Assembly: GCA_001770205.1 (NCBI GenBank)
Contig: MEQL01000039.1
Coordinates: 260,787-324,786 of the forward strand
Direction of reading: 5' to 3'
DNA: 64,000 nucleotides
From: Bdellovibrionales bacterium RIFOXYD12_FULL_39_22
Lineage (GTDB): Bacteria > Bdellovibrionota > Bacteriovoracia > Bacteriovoracales > Bacteriovoracaceae
This document shows, one piece after another, positions 42,101 through 52,102 of this stretch (the stretch's first letter is position 1; the number at the start of each line of letters is the position of its first letter). A program made the translations under genes and the position numbers. The notes below the pieces were generated by a model. The model worked only from the letters and a program-made list of their open reading frames with translations. It did no database searches and was not told the origin of the DNA.

Positions 42101-42420
42101 GGAGTTGGAGTTGGAGTCGGAGTTGGAGTCGGAGTTGGAGTCGGAGTTGGAGTCGGAGTTGGAGTCGGAGTTGGAGTCGCTAATGATTCTGGCGTGGCCG
42201 TTGCCGTAGCTACCGGAGTAGGAGTAGGTGTTGCGGTGGGAGCATACGTACTTGTCGCCGTGGCCACGGCAGTAGCTCGCACACGAGGTACCGATGTTAC
42301 CGACTCCGATGACTCAATCTCACTATCCCCGCAGGAGTTAAAAAGTAGCCCTGCCAAAAGCAACTTGCCGACTACGCCGGCGATGGCCCAAAAAGATGGT
42401 AGAAAAGATAGCGTCTGCAT
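33142..42420 (-). CDS. Giant (3092 aa) surface lipoprotein: PT linker, FN3-like and Calx-beta domains, 28 RCC1-like repeats, GLUG-like insert
   Basis: Lipobox-like LLFNSC; (TP)n; Calx-beta motifs ('[19 protein letters not shown]', 'ATIQDND'); two blocks of 14 C(W/F)G repeats, most carrying a [12 protein letters not shown] motif. Confidence 0.88.
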   Translation of the reverse strand: MQTLSFLPSFWAIAGVVGKLLLAGLLFNSCGDSEIESSESVTSVPRVRATAVATATSTYAPTATPTPTPVATATATPESLATPTPTPTPTPTPTPTPTPTPTPTPTPTPTPTPTPTPTPTPTPTPTPTPTPTPTPTPTPTPTPTPTPIPPSAFLIEGLTSQSNVFALADLTDGSAIVLHWSASNYQDNYDVSITTAADVTICAFSDLAASTTFFALSSCSLLTGKIYRAHVMAKNAGVTDTAASNDPYQFRILPKITITDTAQSEAENVLSGNIIFPLSLEVATEWDVTVNWQTLNGSASATGIFADYMASNTALTFLAGETTKEMAVSLINDTYDEPAEQDFSLSLFSPAGAILVNSLAYGTILDDDAAPTISLTLPANRKTEGSVFTFTATLSNLSENDTSFDWQVDAATSTAGVDYTIPVFDRITIPSSASTTAFVVSSLNDIVWCEPHENFSATISNFTNITTIGSSASATATILENDLPSVVVSDAVISEGSKAVFSLALSQACLDESVTLNWSAAGISAMAESDFIGEKGTIVLAPGETAANFAVQTLEDNLPELAEFFSVAFTSTDHVAISGSVVGKATIQDNDFASGLAVSKMAIGAEHTCALLSTGKVKCWGYTENGRLGIVGKNRGDQTGEMGDNLPTVSLGSSWTIRAIGGGSHHNCALLNNGLVDRIKCWGDGINGVLGYDNGFSDDQSLGDSAGEMGDNLPLIDLGYSQSIKKLSVGSEHSCVLFTDGKVKCFGLNSSGQLGYGNTTSRYTAITMGSNLPFVNLGTGKTATDISAGGSFTCAVLNDGGVKCWGSGADGRLGSEASTNIGDSVGEMGDYLSSLDLGTVASASLIFTGAAHACVIMADGRVKCWGQGDYGKLGTGNTNDLGDVAGEMGAALPFLDLGAGKTVKKISTTIHSTCAILNDDMLKCWGRFSYGALGYYTANSVGDGPGEMGDVLAAVDLGDIDTVKDIAAIGESVCAVLTNDSLKCWGRNEAGQLGYEDRDDRADLAGEMGNSLPFVNIGTAASVSLLGSANGFGRTNCVVDNSGQLKCWGAAARGRLGQGDMYVGDDVGEMGDNLPYVDLGTGLVAVDLVAGESHTCALFNDGRVKCWGYNSRGQLGLGHTNEIPYQADQMGDNLLFVNLGTNKSALNLNATVNTTCALLTDQSVKCWGYNEYGILGIGNSATIGDASGEMGDSLARIDLGTDKKVVSFTLGTNHGCAILDDQSMKCWGRGAGGQLGYENNLTLGDSTGEMGDNLPVVNLGTSGLLPIQVSAFNSATCTLLSNGHVKCWGVGDGGRNGLGIGSTNWGDSVGEMGDNLPDINLGTTNRITSLLSGGGISQHMCVVIDDGAIKCWGINTHGQLGAGSVTSVGSTAASMGSGLLPLDFGVGAIPLATYGGTQAACATFTNGKVKCWGRNQQGQAGLEHRQDIGNAPFEMGDSLPYVSLFSEGSVATLGPFLITGVSGSDDASSDEWLSDSTPTITWSDASGAVDYTLEIFSADLLSSICGPITVAGSNYAYSGCSLANETVYAIALSANDGSGASLAATNNNFRFSVDQSPPADFSILGIFGDQDSEVDATLSDGLIPQISWQYSPGADHYQVEIFASDGTSVTCAAEMVNVGVTTHAMNCTLQDATNYYAQVVAIDSAQNSKATNQYAFSVIQTIPPSPFNILGVTGGADASADGILSSGNWATINWQNPISEDYFAVTIFQDDGVTVACAETIVPLNATSYSFENCPLDFGTTYKAAVWAKDSISTVGATNTPYSFNLPADGIGSFKILGVKGGSDEIADALLDSGNTPHLFWTSSLNAATYTAEIFNAENGTTACESISTSTTDFNFTNCGLTTNKDYYATVTATNGTLSQLVADNGNFFFHLNSNYPLLTIDSPQVDEGDDLIFTVNLSAAWSENVTFDWKVVSVNAALGDDVVYTYGSATIVAGETAATLTVNTIDDALAEVEEKIIISLANSQNAVVGPTSIGIGKINDNDTGSVAVKVTAGSTFACALMSDGKVKCWGRSAEGRTGRPDASIGDSPFEMADNLLPVNLGTGLTAVDVATSETNGCAVLSGPVGAIRCWGQNSNALGWVPAGAIYPGDRINTMGDTLLTLSFDLPIKEIFGGDDHFCVLLSNDKIRCWGSNPSGQLGYGDITSRMVSVALVDIDLGTNETVEKVAVGQAHTCALLQSGQIKCWGSNSNGQLGLGLDGTARIGDGPGEMGDALATVNLGSALGYAEDEARGISIEESQMEIIFSGAGWDFDTIWSISEGSTHPLLQTTPDGSLCAGASLYDEVGGGSDVDPYLICNADQLLDIAANGCNATFNMACTDNFRLEADIDLSGVAMAPIGSPNNPFQGIFDGNGKYLSNLTINLEENYNGLFGFVGQYGEISRLGIIDVAIASTKKFSGGIAAVNYGLISNVFVEGEIDGDIYVGGIVGSNFGTIENAYFEGLVGGFATQNGIVGGSDHDVSSLISTFWNAETTEILDEAPLLAVDISAGASFTCAILNNGKVKCWGYNNQYGGNLGQGITTASVGTAAWQMGDALLYTNLGSGMAAQKIDSGIVHSCAHLINGQMKCWGTNSYGQLGLGDTSLRGTTPLHMGENLSMLDFSVDVNSNPLLVKDFSSTGQHNCAILDNDSYRCWGDNRYGQLGQENVINYGSFSNQMGDNLLPLDLGAGVTILKFASGNEGNHSCALLSDGAVKCWGRNDYGQLGSDGRFSGIGDNAGEMGLSLPVVDLGDGVLAKEISAGGDFACAITNENEIKCWGNNAYGRLGIGNETDVGDQYGEMGDSMFAVQLPLELNPIKLALGVDHACALFDNFSAKCWGLNTFGRLGVGHTNAVGDSAADIAAGIASINVGSDRFIIDISAGNQHGCALLDNYKIKCWGAGLYGQLGTGSTATIGDGINEMGDYLRYVNLPNDRFVAVSAGFSMSCGITDLQAIKCWGINSYSQLALGNNATSTIIGDQASEMASIVPIYLGVDAKTEALTNSKSGYFSCAKYSEAGERYAKCWGQGALGRLGQGNQVDYGRYATDMPNLLPISFGGGRHPKQVEAGATSSCAVLDNVSIKCWGYGIYGQLGYENETTRGDEVNEMGDNLPAVSY
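41981..42178. repeat. Hexamer microsatellite (GGAGTY)33 encoding the Thr-Pro linker
   Basis: 33 tandem units counted by hand; GGCGTT variant units at 41987 and 42071. Confidence 0.97.
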
Positions 42421-42668
42421 GTAATAATATTATCGTGCTTTGAGATAAATTTACTTAGCTTTTTTGTTTAAATTTTCTTCTAAAAAAATTGCTGCCAAAA
42501 CAACTAGTTATCTGTCATAGACCGTCCCATTTCTTTACCCTCAAAAGGCTCCCTCTGAATATTTTTGAAAAAGTGCCTTGCCTGGTTGGCAGTGGCGCTT
42601 CTTGTTTTGATTAAATTTCTAACAAAAAAAGTGACGGAGCTTTAAAACCCTTGTATTTTTACTCTGTT

Positions 42669-43883
42669 ATGCTCAATATTTATCAAAATTTCACCCAAGC
42701 AGTAACCCTCCAGAACGCGTTAATAAAAGATGGCCGCCATCTTTTACCTTCAGACCTCTCCATCATCAAAAATGCGGCGATTGTTTTTGATGATAATAAT
42801 ATTTTATGGGTTGGAGAAAGCAGTAAAATTCCATCTCAATACAGCAATTCTCCTACGCAAAATTTTTCAGGAAAAATAATTCTTCCCGAAATAATAGATT
42901 GCCACACCCACCTAGTTTTTGGAGGCGATCGCGCTAACGAATATACCATGCGCTTAAATGGTGCCAGCTACGAAGAAATTGCTAATGCTGGCGGCGGCAT
43001 CGTCAACACCATGAAGCAAACTCGCCTTATGTCTCGGCAAAAACTTTTTGAAATGGCCTGCACTCGAGTGAACACTTTGGCCAGTTATGGAGTGGGAACG
43101 ATCGAAATCAAGTCTGGCTACGGCCTTAATTTTGAAAAAGAGTATGAATTATCCATGATCATTCATGAACTCAAGCAAAAATTTAAAGGGAAACTTCAAA
43201 TTATTAACACCTTTATGGCCGCCCACGCAATCCCAAAAGAATTCTCTTGCTCTTCTGAATATATCAGCAACGTTGTTCTTCCGCTGTTGTCTAAGCTTGC
43301 TCCAGAAAAAATTCTTGATGCCGTCGATATTTTTCATGAAAAAAATTATTTTTCCACCGAAGATGTTCTGGCCTTATTTAAGTTAGCACAACAACTTAAC
43401 ATCCCTTGTAAAATGCATGTCGATGAATTTTACGATAACAAAGGGGCAGTACTGGCGGTGCAGTCCAACGCCATAAGTTGTGATCATCTCCTAATGACAG
43501 GAGACGATGGCGTTGCAGCATTAGCAAGATCCTCGACAGTGGCCTGCCTACTCCCTGGTACAGGTTTTTTCTTAGGCAAACCGCAGGCCCCGGCCCGTAA
43601 ATTTTTAGATGCGGGAGTTCGCGTTGCTATTGGTTCTGACTACAATCCCGGCTCTTGTCACTGCGATAATGTTTTATTAATTGCATCTCTGGCCGCTCCT
43701 CAATACAAAATGAATCAGGCAGAACTTTTTGCGGCAATAACGCTAAATGCCGCTCATGCCCTCGGAATAAAAAATCAGGGTGCGCTAGTACCCGGACTAC
43801 GGCCCCGTTTTTCTATTTTCAACACTACTCAATTGGACAATCTAACTTACCACTGGGGAAAAAATTTCTTTGAGTGCCATTAA
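42669..43883 (+). CDS. hutI: Imidazolonepropionase
   Basis: 'IDCHTHLVFGGDRANEY', 'GASYEEIANAGGGI', 'EIKSGYGL', 'SDYNPGS'. ATG 42669 chosen over TTG 42651. Confidence 0.93.
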   Translation: MLNIYQNFTQAVTLQNALIKDGRHLLPSDLSIIKNAAIVFDDNNILWVGESSKIPSQYSNSPTQNFSGKIILPEIIDCHTHLVFGGDRANEYTMRLNGASYEEIANAGGGIVNTMKQTRLMSRQKLFEMACTRVNTLASYGVGTIEIKSGYGLNFEKEYELSMIIHELKQKFKGKLQIINTFMAAHAIPKEFSCSSEYISNVVLPLLSKLAPEKILDAVDIFHEKNYFSTEDVLALFKLAQQLNIPCKMHVDEFYDNKGAVLAVQSNAISCDHLLMTGDDGVAALARSSTVACLLPGTGFFLGKPQAPARKFLDAGVRVAIGSDYNPGSCHCDNVLLIASLAAPQYKMNQAELFAAITLNAAHALGIKNQGALVPGLRPRFSIFNTTQLDNLTYHWGKNFFECH

Positions 43884-44799
43884 AAAAATATTCCTCTACT
43901 TTTTTCTCCTATTCTATGTTGCTGGCGCATTTGCCGCCCCCGAAGATTTAGAACCTCACATCTACTATGCCGAAGATGGAGATAATATCGTTACTATTAT
44001 CAACAAGTTTTTCCCAGATGATGCCCTCTCCACAGAATTTCATCTGCGAGATCTTGTCGAAAAAATCAAGCGCTGGAATCCCAAAGTTCAGGACTGGAAA
44101 CATCTTAGATATGGCGAAGAAATTTTTGTCGGTTATATCAATACCCGGCCTTTCTTAGAAATTGGCCTATATATGCAGGCAAAATATATCAATTTTACTG
44201 CCCAATTAACTAGCAGTAAAAAATTTGATTTTTCCTACGCCCGCAACGCGTTTTATCTAACGTTATTACTAAATACTCGCACCCCTCTTTCGTTTATTTT
44301 AGAATCTTCCATGCATATGCAATCCACGGCCTATGCGAAAGAAATTTCCTATGATTTTCCCTCAACTTTAACCTACGGGGGAGGACTGCGCTGGAAATTG
44401 GCCACCGAACACTCCTTATTTTTTGATTTTCTTATTTCTAAGGAACGAGAGAACTATCTTGATGTTAATAAGTCTCTGAATTATTCAGACAGTGCAGCAC
44501 TGGCAAATTTAAAAATTGTTACTGTTGATTTTATTAACCTTGTTGGAAGAATTAATTATCGCGCCAAAGAGGCCATAACTTCTTATCATCTTATTTTTAA
44601 AAAAAGCGGCTGGGGAAATGCTCTTTTTAGTAATGCTAATTATCGCGAAGATTCCTCCCTTTTTTCCTATTCCCTGCAACCACAATTTCATGTTACCCGT
44701 TCAATGTTTGTTGCTTTAGAATACGAAGCAGTTTCTTTGACAGGAACAATGCAAAACAGTAGCGTAAACTACTCTCTCTTTTTTGGTTTTGCTTTTTAG
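43870..44799 (+). CDS. Exported protein: LysM-like domain plus C-terminal outer-membrane beta-barrel
   Basis: Signal peptide; 'YYAEDGDNIVTII...WNPKVQDWKHLRYGEEIFV'; amphipathic strands ending in FGFAF. Confidence 0.6.
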   Translation: MSAIKKIFLYFFLLFYVAGAFAAPEDLEPHIYYAEDGDNIVTIINKFFPDDALSTEFHLRDLVEKIKRWNPKVQDWKHLRYGEEIFVGYINTRPFLEIGLYMQAKYINFTAQLTSSKKFDFSYARNAFYLTLLLNTRTPLSFILESSMHMQSTAYAKEISYDFPSTLTYGGGLRWKLATEHSLFFDFLISKERENYLDVNKSLNYSDSAALANLKIVTVDFINLVGRINYRAKEAITSYHLIFKKSGWGNALFSNANYREDSSLFSYSLQPQFHVTRSMFVALEYEAVSLTGTMQNSSVNYSLFFGFAF

Positions 44800-44875
44800 T
44801 ATTTATTCGCTGATACTATCTAACAAATTAACTCAACTGGCCCTATAGGGGCAAGCTAATCGGAGAATAATCGAC

Positions 44876-45739
44876 ATGAATGATCTATTAATCCAAGCAA
44901 TGAAAAATGAAATAACGGAACATCACATTTATAAAAAACTAGCGACTACCGTCAAAGATAGCGGCAACAAGACGACTTTGGAAAAAATCGCTAGTGATGA
45001 ATATAAGCATTATTCGCTCTTAAAAAAGCAACTGGGAATTGATGTAACTCCATCCTCCTTTAGAATTTTTAAATACTATTGGATTGCAAAAATTTTTGGC
45101 CTAACTTTCGGAGTTAAACTAATGGAGCGCGGAGAAGCTATGGCCGCCATTAATTACAAACATCTCACTGCAGAATTTGACTACCTCCGCGTTCTAGCGG
45201 AAGACGAAGAGATACATGAGAAAATGCTAATCAACATGATAAGCGAAGATAGATTAAAATATGTCAGCTCTGTTGTTTTGGGACTAAGTGATGCATTAGT
45301 AGAGTTAACTGGGGCCCTGGCAGGTTTTACGCTTGCGCTGCAAAATACCAGGCTCATTGCTACCGTTGGCCTCATCACCGGTATCTCGGCTTCTCTTTCT
45401 ATGGCCAGCTCAGAATATATGTCCAGTAAACATGAAGAGGGCGAGGCGGATGGGAAAGATCCTATTAAGTCAGCGGTATACACTGGTTCTGCTTATGTAA
45501 TCGTTGTGTTTCTACTAATCCTGCCTTTTTTGCTTATGTCCAAAGCGATTTTAGCACTGGCAATCTCTCTTTCAACAGCAGTGGCGGTAATTTTTGGTTT
45601 CACCTACTATGTGTCCGTGGCCCAAGACAAACCACTTTGGCCACAATTTTTTGAAATGGCAGGAGTAAGCTTAGTAGTCTCTTTTTTCTCCTTCTTCTTA
45701 GGTTATTTAATTCGCCATTTTTTTGGAATTGATGTTTAG
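44876..45739 (+). CDS. Rubrerythrin/ferritin-like domain plus VIT1/CCC1 transporter
   Basis: 'NEITEHHIY', 'DEYKH', 'DEEIHE' di-iron motifs; 'VVLGLSDALVELTGALAG', 'SMASSEYMS'. Confidence 0.88.
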   Translation: MNDLLIQAMKNEITEHHIYKKLATTVKDSGNKTTLEKIASDEYKHYSLLKKQLGIDVTPSSFRIFKYYWIAKIFGLTFGVKLMERGEAMAAINYKHLTAEFDYLRVLAEDEEIHEKMLINMISEDRLKYVSSVVLGLSDALVELTGALAGFTLALQNTRLIATVGLITGISASLSMASSEYMSSKHEEGEADGKDPIKSAVYTGSAYVIVVFLLILPFLLMSKAILALAISLSTAVAVIFGFTYYVSVAQDKPLWPQFFEMAGVSLVVSFFSFFLGYLIRHFFGIDV

Positions 45740-45756
45740 TTTAGCAACAATCGTTG

Positions 45757-46299
45757 TCATAGCGATTCAACAAATTCTTCGGCCAAAAAATCTGACTCCC
45801 CCTGTTTGGCAACCACCAGCTTTTTATTTTTGAAATGGATAAAATAGGGAATGGCCGAAACTGAAAATTTTTCATATATACTTCCATCTGCATCCATCAC
45901 CACTGGAAAATTTATTCCCAATTCATCAATGGCCTTGCGCACGGCCAAAAAATTTTCTTTTTCATCTCCATTTATTCCAATAATTGTCAATTTATCTAAT
46001 GGCATCTGTTTGGCCAATTTGATCAAATCAGGCAGCTCTTGCATACAAGGAGTACACCAGGTGGCCCAAAAAATTAAAAGTAGAGAGCTGCTTTTAATTT
46101 TTTGTAGTTCAATGGTTGCACTATTGATGGGATGGAGAATTGTTGATTGAAAAAGTTGACCAGAGGAGGGAGGCATAACCATTTGTTGGTTATAACTTGA
46201 TTGATTTTTTCTTTCACTGGCCAACTCAAATACAATTTGCGCCGCAAGAAATCCAAAAAATGCCAATAACAAAATTACGATTAGAAAATATTTTCTCAC
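45757..46299 (-). CDS. TlpA/ResA-family thiol-disulfide reductase
   Basis: N-terminal TM; 'FWATWCTPCMQELP'; 'VSAIP'. Confidence 0.9.
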   Translation of the reverse strand: MRKYFLIVILLLAFFGFLAAQIVFELASERKNQSSYNQQMVMPPSSGQLFQSTILHPINSATIELQKIKSSSLLLIFWATWCTPCMQELPDLIKLAKQMPLDKLTIIGINGDEKENFLAVRKAIDELGINFPVVMDADGSIYEKFSVSAIPYFIHFKNKKLVVAKQGESDFLAEEFVESL

Positions 46300-46358
46300 T
46301 TACCTTTTTCCCCTTTAGAGATACAATTATATTATTATTTTTCTAGGAGAAAGAATAG

Positions 46359-46586
46359 GTGCAAAGAAAGCTTACTCTTACCGCGCGTCATAGACCTAAG
46401 ACTTCAAAAGATAGTGGCCAAACACTGATAGAATTTATTCTATTGTTGGCCGTTTTAGTTTCCCTTTCTTTTGGGTTATTGAAGGGATTCAACAACACAA
46501 CGGCCACTCGCTGGCAGGCCATTATTGCCATGATAACATCCACCGATTTAGATAGGCCAGTGCGGCCGGCATTGCGAGGAGAATAG
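46359..46586 (+). CDS. Flp/TadE-like small pilin
   Basis: Class III signal 'SGQTLIEFILLLAVLV' (G/QxxxE) followed by a hydrophobic helix; AGGAG SD. Confidence 0.72.
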   Translation: MQRKLTLTARHRPKTSKDSGQTLIEFILLLAVLVSLSFGLLKGFNNTTATRWQAIIAMITSTDLDRPVRPALRGE

Positions 46587-46591
46587 TTTTT

Positions 46592-48124
46592 ATGAGTAGT
46601 CTTAAACAACGTAACGCCAAATATATTGTTGCCATTGATCAAGGAACAACTGGAACTACTGTCGCTTTAGTCTCTGCAAGCAGTTTTAAATTTATCGACA
46701 AAGTCACCAACGAATTCCCTCAAATATATCCGGCACCTGGACGAGTAGAACATAATCTTAACGATATTTGGAAAAGTGTCACCAAGGGAATAACTAAAAT
46801 TATTTCCAAAAATAAAATTAACGCCAAAAACATAATGGCCATCGGAATAACCAATCAACGAGAGACGGTTTGCGCTTTCGACTCAAAGGGAACACCTCTG
46901 GCCAACGCAATCGTTTGGCAAGATCGAAGAACCGCAGACTTTTGTAACAACATAAATCAAACCAATCCGGCCCTGGCCGCGCGTTTGAAAGAATTAACTG
47001 GACTTCCCTTGGATCCATATTTTTCTGCCTCCAAAATCAAATGGTTGATAGAAAACAATGCGAAGGTGCAAAAAATACAAAAAACAGGAAATAATAAAAA
47101 CTTTCTGCATTTTGGAAATATTGACACCTATCTTCTCTATCAACTCTCTGGAGGGACGGCCTTTGCTACCGAGGCCTCCAACGCCTCTCGAACCATGTTG
47201 ATGAACTTGCGAAACTGCAAGTGGGATGATGAGTTGTTAAACTTTTTCAAAGTCGACAAAAATTTTCTCCCAGAAATAAAAAATTCTTTTGGCCTTTTTG
47301 GGCACACAAAAAAACTAAAAATTCTTCCAGACGGAATTCCTATCGCGGGAATTCTAGGTGATCAGCAAGCTGCTCTTTTTGGACAAGCAGGTTTTTCTGC
47401 TGGCGACCTGAAATGCACTTACGGTACCGGGGCCTTTTTACTTCTTAACTGTGGTACCAATATTGTTAATTCTAACAAGGGCCTCCTTTCTACTGTTGCA
47501 TTTTTAAAAGATGGTGTTGCCCATTATGCGTTAGAAGGAAGTTGTTACATTGCTGGCGCGGCCGTTCAGTGGATACGAGATAATTTGAAGTTAATTAAAA
47601 AATCTTCCGAGATAGAAAACCTTGCTAAAAAAGTTCGCGACTTATCCCAACTTGAACATCTACTATTTTTACCTTTCTTTACAGGCATTGGCTCTCCTTA
47701 TTGGAACGCTTCTGCCAAAGGTGCAATTTTAGGAATAACGCGCGATACAAGGCCAGAGCATTTAGCGCGTGCAACGCTAGATGGAATAGCACTCTCTGTT
47801 AATGATTTAATTCAGGCGATTCGCCAGGAAATCTCCAGCGGAGTTATCACTCTTAGTGTAGATGGTGGCGCCGCTGCAAATAATTTATTAATGGAAATTC
47901 AAGCAACTGTTTCTGGCCTAAAAATTATTCGTCCAAAGATTATAGAAACGACGGCCTATGGTGCTGCGCTAGCGGCGGCCATAGGCGTTGGCATTTTCTC
48001 CATGGAAGAGATCAGATCACTCTGGAGTAAAGAGCGAGAATTTATAGCAAATGATAGCTGGGATGTTTATTATCGAAAGAAAAAAGAACGCTGGAGTAAA
48101 ATAATTCAAAGTGGTCTATTGTGA
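46592..48124 (+). CDS. glpK: Glycerol kinase
   Basis: 'AIDQGTTGT', 'GITNQRET', 'AIVWQDRRT', 'DPYFSASK', 'NASRTML', '[10 protein letters not shown]', 'KCTYGTG'. Confidence 0.95.
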   Translation: MSSLKQRNAKYIVAIDQGTTGTTVALVSASSFKFIDKVTNEFPQIYPAPGRVEHNLNDIWKSVTKGITKIISKNKINAKNIMAIGITNQRETVCAFDSKGTPLANAIVWQDRRTADFCNNINQTNPALAARLKELTGLPLDPYFSASKIKWLIENNAKVQKIQKTGNNKNFLHFGNIDTYLLYQLSGGTAFATEASNASRTMLMNLRNCKWDDELLNFFKVDKNFLPEIKNSFGLFGHTKKLKILPDGIPIAGILGDQQAALFGQAGFSAGDLKCTYGTGAFLLLNCGTNIVNSNKGLLSTVAFLKDGVAHYALEGSCYIAGAAVQWIRDNLKLIKKSSEIENLAKKVRDLSQLEHLLFLPFFTGIGSPYWNASAKGAILGITRDTRPEHLARATLDGIALSVNDLIQAIRQEISSGVITLSVDGGAAANNLLMEIQATVSGLKIIRPKIIETTAYGAALAAAIGVGIFSMEEIRSLWSKEREFIANDSWDVYYRKKKERWSKIIQSGLL

Positions 48125-49083
48125 TTGTTGATTTTTTTAATAAACTCACTTTTTCGCGTAAATTCTTTGTGGCCGGATTTATCTTCGGAATGGCCTTTCC
48201 AATAATGGCGCTAGGTATTCGCTATATTCAAAATGATTTTGCTGAAATGATTGCCGCTCTTATGTCTGATCCTTTAATGTGGATTATTGCTTCTGCGCCA
48301 ATGATCCTGGGATTAACCGGAACTTTGATTGCAGACATTATGATTAAAATTTTTCATGAGCATTTTTCTTCCATGGTCTCTATCTCTGGACAACTAAATG
48401 GTGCAATAACTTCCTTTGTTTCCGAGCGGGAATTAAAATATGGTGCCGTAGAAAACAGTGCCCAAGCGATGGCCAACATAAATAGTAAAGTAGAAATTGC
48501 TGCCCAAAGCGCTGCTCGTACTTACAACATTGCCGCTGCTGCCGTCAAAGAATCTAAATCAGGCATAGAGGCATCTCACGCCATAGAATTATCGATGCAG
48601 GAAATCCTAGATTTCTCTAAGCAAATTGTTTCAATTATCAATCTCATTGACACTATTGCCTTTCAAACTAACATCTTGGCCATCAATGCCGCCATTGAAT
48701 CAGCTCGCGCAGGCGATCATGGAAAAGGATTTGCTGTTGTGGCCATGGAAATTCGTGATCTCGCGCAGAAATCTTCCAAATCTGCCAATCAAATTCAGAC
48801 CATTGTCAAAACAACTGAGCGAAAGGTTATAGAAAACAACGAGCTGGTTGTAAATCACCATAATAACCTCAAGGCCATTAACACAAAAATTCTGGATTTA
48901 ACGAAAGATGTGGAAAACATTTCACAAATGAACAGCGATCTGCGAGAGCATATAAATGAGGCCAACCACGAAATGTCATCCATGGTACGAGGCAACGATC
49001 GAGATATCGAAAATATTGAACGCGTAAAAGAAATTTCTGAAAAAATAGTTAATGCCGCCAACTCATTAGATAAAATAAATTAA
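48121..49083 (+). CDS. Short methyl-accepting chemotaxis protein with minimal periplasmic domain
   Basis: Two closely spaced TMs; '[30 protein letters not shown]'; GTGA overlap with the glpK stop. Confidence 0.9.
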   Translation: MIVDFFNKLTFSRKFFVAGFIFGMAFPIMALGIRYIQNDFAEMIAALMSDPLMWIIASAPMILGLTGTLIADIMIKIFHEHFSSMVSISGQLNGAITSFVSERELKYGAVENSAQAMANINSKVEIAAQSAARTYNIAAAAVKESKSGIEASHAIELSMQEILDFSKQIVSIINLIDTIAFQTNILAINAAIESARAGDHGKGFAVVAMEIRDLAQKSSKSANQIQTIVKTTERKVIENNELVVNHHNNLKAINTKILDLTKDVENISQMNSDLREHINEANHEMSSMVRGNDRDIENIERVKEISEKIVNAANSLDKIN

Positions 49084-49132
49084 CTTAGAAAAGAAGCAAG
49101 CGATAAAACAAGATGCCTTATCTTTGGTCTAA

Positions 49133-50809
49133 TTATTTATAGATTTCTTCCGCCGTTATTCCCGCTAGATCGGCCGCGATAATTTCGGCCAATGATAAAA
49201 TTAACTCCGGCCGTTTAAAATTATTTATTACCTGGGGAGCGCTCGCATTAAAGTAATCAAATGTTATTCCCCAATGATGTGTTCCTAAAACACCTAAAAA
49301 AGTTGCATCATACTTTGGCTGCTTTGGATTTAATACCATTGAAAGTTCTGGCCAAAATCGAGTTCGCTGCATTGAAAGCTGAGAATCGTTTAGTGCTAGG
49401 CCACTTCCTTTTTGTATTATTTGAAATTGCCCTTGCAGCATTTCAAAATCCAAGCTCTCTAGGTCCATTCCGGCCAGAGAGTCTTGAAAAAACTCTTTAT
49501 CTATCTCAATATCACCAGAAACTCCCGAGATGTTATAGTAGCGAATATTATTGCTAGGTAAAATATGTTCGCGATGCCAATTTTCCATATACTCCGTTGT
49601 CAACTCGTTTACTCCTGCGATCACTGCAGTTCCAAATTTTTTTAATTTTTTCATGTTTTGATAATGAAACACTCCCAAATCAAGTGCCTTAAATTCTACC
49701 AGGGCCAGGCGCATTACTAATTTCATTAAAGAAACAATACTGGCCTTGGGAGCTGAAGTTTTTATTCCTTCCTCTGTTTCAGACATAACATCTTTTATAA
49801 ACGCCAAAATGTTTTTTTTGTTTTGATAGTATCCCTTAAAAAAGTTAAGTGGATTTTTTGCCTCTGTCTCAAGATTATTTATCAACTCTTCGAAGGCCTT
49901 AAATTGGCGGCCCAGAGGAGGAATATCTTTTTTCGGGGCATCCGCTAAAACGATATCGGCCAATTCTGATCCCCACACCGTTCCGGAATATGAAACAACT
50001 GCTTTTAATTTTTTAAGCAGTGGCGAGTTGGCGGCCTGAAGTTGCGCTGAAACTTCCATGGCCACAGGAGATCCTTGTGAGTAACCAATAATTATAAAAT
50101 CGTAATCTTTACCTTCATTTGTTTCCACCAATTTAATGAATTTTTCTATTCTTCTTATCGCTATTGCCGCTCTGTCGGCAGTCGGCCCAAACGTTTCTAG
50201 CGACAGAAACTGAGGAAAGAAATATACAAATTTAACTAGCGCCTCGCCATCCTCATCATCAATGCTAGAAGCAAGCAGTAATTCCTCTAGGTTTTCTTCA
50301 ACCACCTCGTTTGATCTCATTCTAAAAACTGGATCTTTAAGTCTTTTGCCATTTTGTTTTTTATAATTTTTATAATACTGCCTAGCTTCTTGGGCAAAAG
50401 AACTTTTCTCATTTCTTAAAATTTCTGTAAATACTGCATTGTCCGTTAAGATCTCACCCACAATTCCCGGGATAAAAAAGTAAATTATTTTTTTACCTTT
50501 TACCGCACTTTTTAACACTTCATCATTAACTGGCCGAAACGGTGTATCTTTTGAAAGTTGATAGAGATCGCTAACAGAATATTGCTTATACTGCTCGGTT
50601 AGCTTTTCAATAAATTTTTGTTCGTTGCTTTCTTCCATTGGTAACATTAACGCTTCAGGAACTTTTAGTACAAGGCGAGCCAAGTCGGCATCTGGATATT
50701 TCTGCGCAACATTATGAGCAAAAATATTTCTAAACTCTGCTTCTTCCATTTGTGCAAAAAGATTTAAGGACACCAGAAGCAGCCAGATGCTTATTGTTGA
50801 AATTTTCAT
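49133..50809 (-). CDS. Secreted alpha/beta-hydrolase (lipase/esterase-like)
   Basis: AGGAG SD and signal peptide from ATG 50809; 'FIPGIVGE', nucleophile GYSQG, 'WGSELAD', 'NDSQL', 'THHWG'. Confidence 0.78.
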   Translation of the reverse strand: MKISTISIWLLLVSLNLFAQMEEAEFRNIFAHNVAQKYPDADLARLVLKVPEALMLPMEESNEQKFIEKLTEQYKQYSVSDLYQLSKDTPFRPVNDEVLKSAVKGKKIIYFFIPGIVGEILTDNAVFTEILRNEKSSFAQEARQYYKNYKKQNGKRLKDPVFRMRSNEVVEENLEELLLASSIDDEDGEALVKFVYFFPQFLSLETFGPTADRAAIAIRRIEKFIKLVETNEGKDYDFIIIGYSQGSPVAMEVSAQLQAANSPLLKKLKAVVSYSGTVWGSELADIVLADAPKKDIPPLGRQFKAFEELINNLETEAKNPLNFFKGYYQNKKNILAFIKDVMSETEEGIKTSAPKASIVSLMKLVMRLALVEFKALDLGVFHYQNMKKLKKFGTAVIAGVNELTTEYMENWHREHILPSNNIRYYNISGVSGDIEIDKEFFQDSLAGMDLESLDFEMLQGQFQIIQKGSGLALNDSQLSMQRTRFWPELSMVLNPKQPKYDATFLGVLGTHHWGITFDYFNASAPQVINNFKRPELILSLAEIIAADLAGITAEEIYK

Positions 50810-50850
50810 GGCAAATTCTCCTTGTTGATGGCATTTAAATCTATAACGAC

Positions 50851-50866
50851 TGCTACTTCTGTGCCA
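50851..50866 (-). promoter_or_regulatory. Sigma54 (-24/-12) promoter
   Basis: Minus strand TGGCAC-AGAAG-TAGCA (GG-N10-GC), about 40 nt upstream of the hydrolase ATG. Confidence 0.7.
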
Positions 50867-51083
50867 ATTTAGCACACCGCCATCTCCAAAGATTCAACAG
50901 GTTCTTCAACATCACTAATGACTGTTTGTATATCAATCGGGCCATTGTAAAAAAAATTTACGGCCTGAAATTAATATTTTGTAAGAATTTCAAAAATCTA
51001 TTTTCGATTTAAAATTTCGACTAACATCTAAGTATTAATAATCGAGCCTAGAACTCAAGTGAAGAATAAAAACAACAGTTCTG

Positions 51084-51110
51084 GGACAATATCGGACAAT
51101 ATCCAATATC
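51084..51110 (+). repeat. Tandem repeat GGACAATATC x2 plus CAATATC before the RBS
   Basis: Seen directly at 51084-51093, 51094-51103 and 51104-51110. Confidence 0.85.
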
Positions 51111-51125
51111 TCAAAAGGAGAATTT

Positions 51126-52076
51126 ATGAAAAAAACATTAATGATCTTAGCTTTATTTCACTTCGGGGTAGGTCAATCTTCAGAAATTCTAGCAGAAAAA
51201 GTAACACTGGTTGAAGATCTTTTTCGTTACTATGATCAGCAGGATGATAGAATCCAATTAGTTGGAGTCAATACAAAAAATCATTCTGATTGCTACCTCC
51301 AAATAGATAGATCGAATGACGGTTTTCCTCGTTATCATTTAAATCAATCGACTATTGACCCATCTGGGTTAGAAATTTCATTGCGTTCTAGCGCCATGTA
51401 TTCTGATGATTTAGAAGAAAACCAGAGTAATTATGCAAAGTTTTATGACAGCGACCTAATTCCAGCTTTTTGGGGAAATAGGGATATTGCAGAATTATCA
51501 AAAGATGGAGACATTCTTACTACAATTTTTCAGCATAAACCAACGTGGGGGCTGGGGAAGAATGAAAAGACAACCTGTGAGTTTAACTTAGTAGAAAATG
51601 TCTCATTACAACCAATTCCTGAGGGCTGTAAGGAGACTGCATATAAGAAAATTATCGCTGAATGCACATTTGTTGAAAATATTGGAACCCCATTTTTCCC
51701 GATTGTTTCCGGTAAACTAGATCTTGTAGAGCATACGAGAACCCGTTGCTCTCCGGGAAAAGAGACTGTTGAGCTTTATGGCCATTCAGTTGATAATTCT
51801 CAATATAGCTACAAAAAAGATGGGAAAATAAAGAAGGAGACAGGATACTTGAATGTTGACCTTGAAATTTTCAGTAACAGGATTTACTCGAATTCAGTTA
51901 TTTCAACCCACACCCAAACAACGGGAGGAAATTCTGGGATAAATAAGTTTGAATACGATAGAAGGACAAAAGAGCTTGACGTCTTTTTTTACTACCTCTC
52001 ATCTGATTTTTCAGTAGTCATGCGAAAGGCCTTTGAAGCAAAGTTTAAATGTGAAGAAACTCATCCCAATAACTAG
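51126..52076 (+). CDS. Secreted hypothetical protein (several Cys)
   Basis: AAGGAG SD; MKK signal peptide; no recognisable family; low GGCC density. Confidence 0.75.
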   Translation: MKKTLMILALFHFGVGQSSEILAEKVTLVEDLFRYYDQQDDRIQLVGVNTKNHSDCYLQIDRSNDGFPRYHLNQSTIDPSGLEISLRSSAMYSDDLEENQSNYAKFYDSDLIPAFWGNRDIAELSKDGDILTTIFQHKPTWGLGKNEKTTCEFNLVENVSLQPIPEGCKETAYKKIIAECTFVENIGTPFFPIVSGKLDLVEHTRTRCSPGKETVELYGHSVDNSQYSYKKDGKIKKETGYLNVDLEIFSNRIYSNSVISTHTQTTGGNSGINKFEYDRRTKELDVFFYYLSSDFSVVMRKAFEAKFKCEETHPNN

Positions 52077-52102
52077 AAACGTGATCTCAATAGATGAATG
52101 GC

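Noticed and set aside
41970..42209. ORF encoding (ES/EL)n
   Set aside because: Antisense reading of the PT microsatellite.
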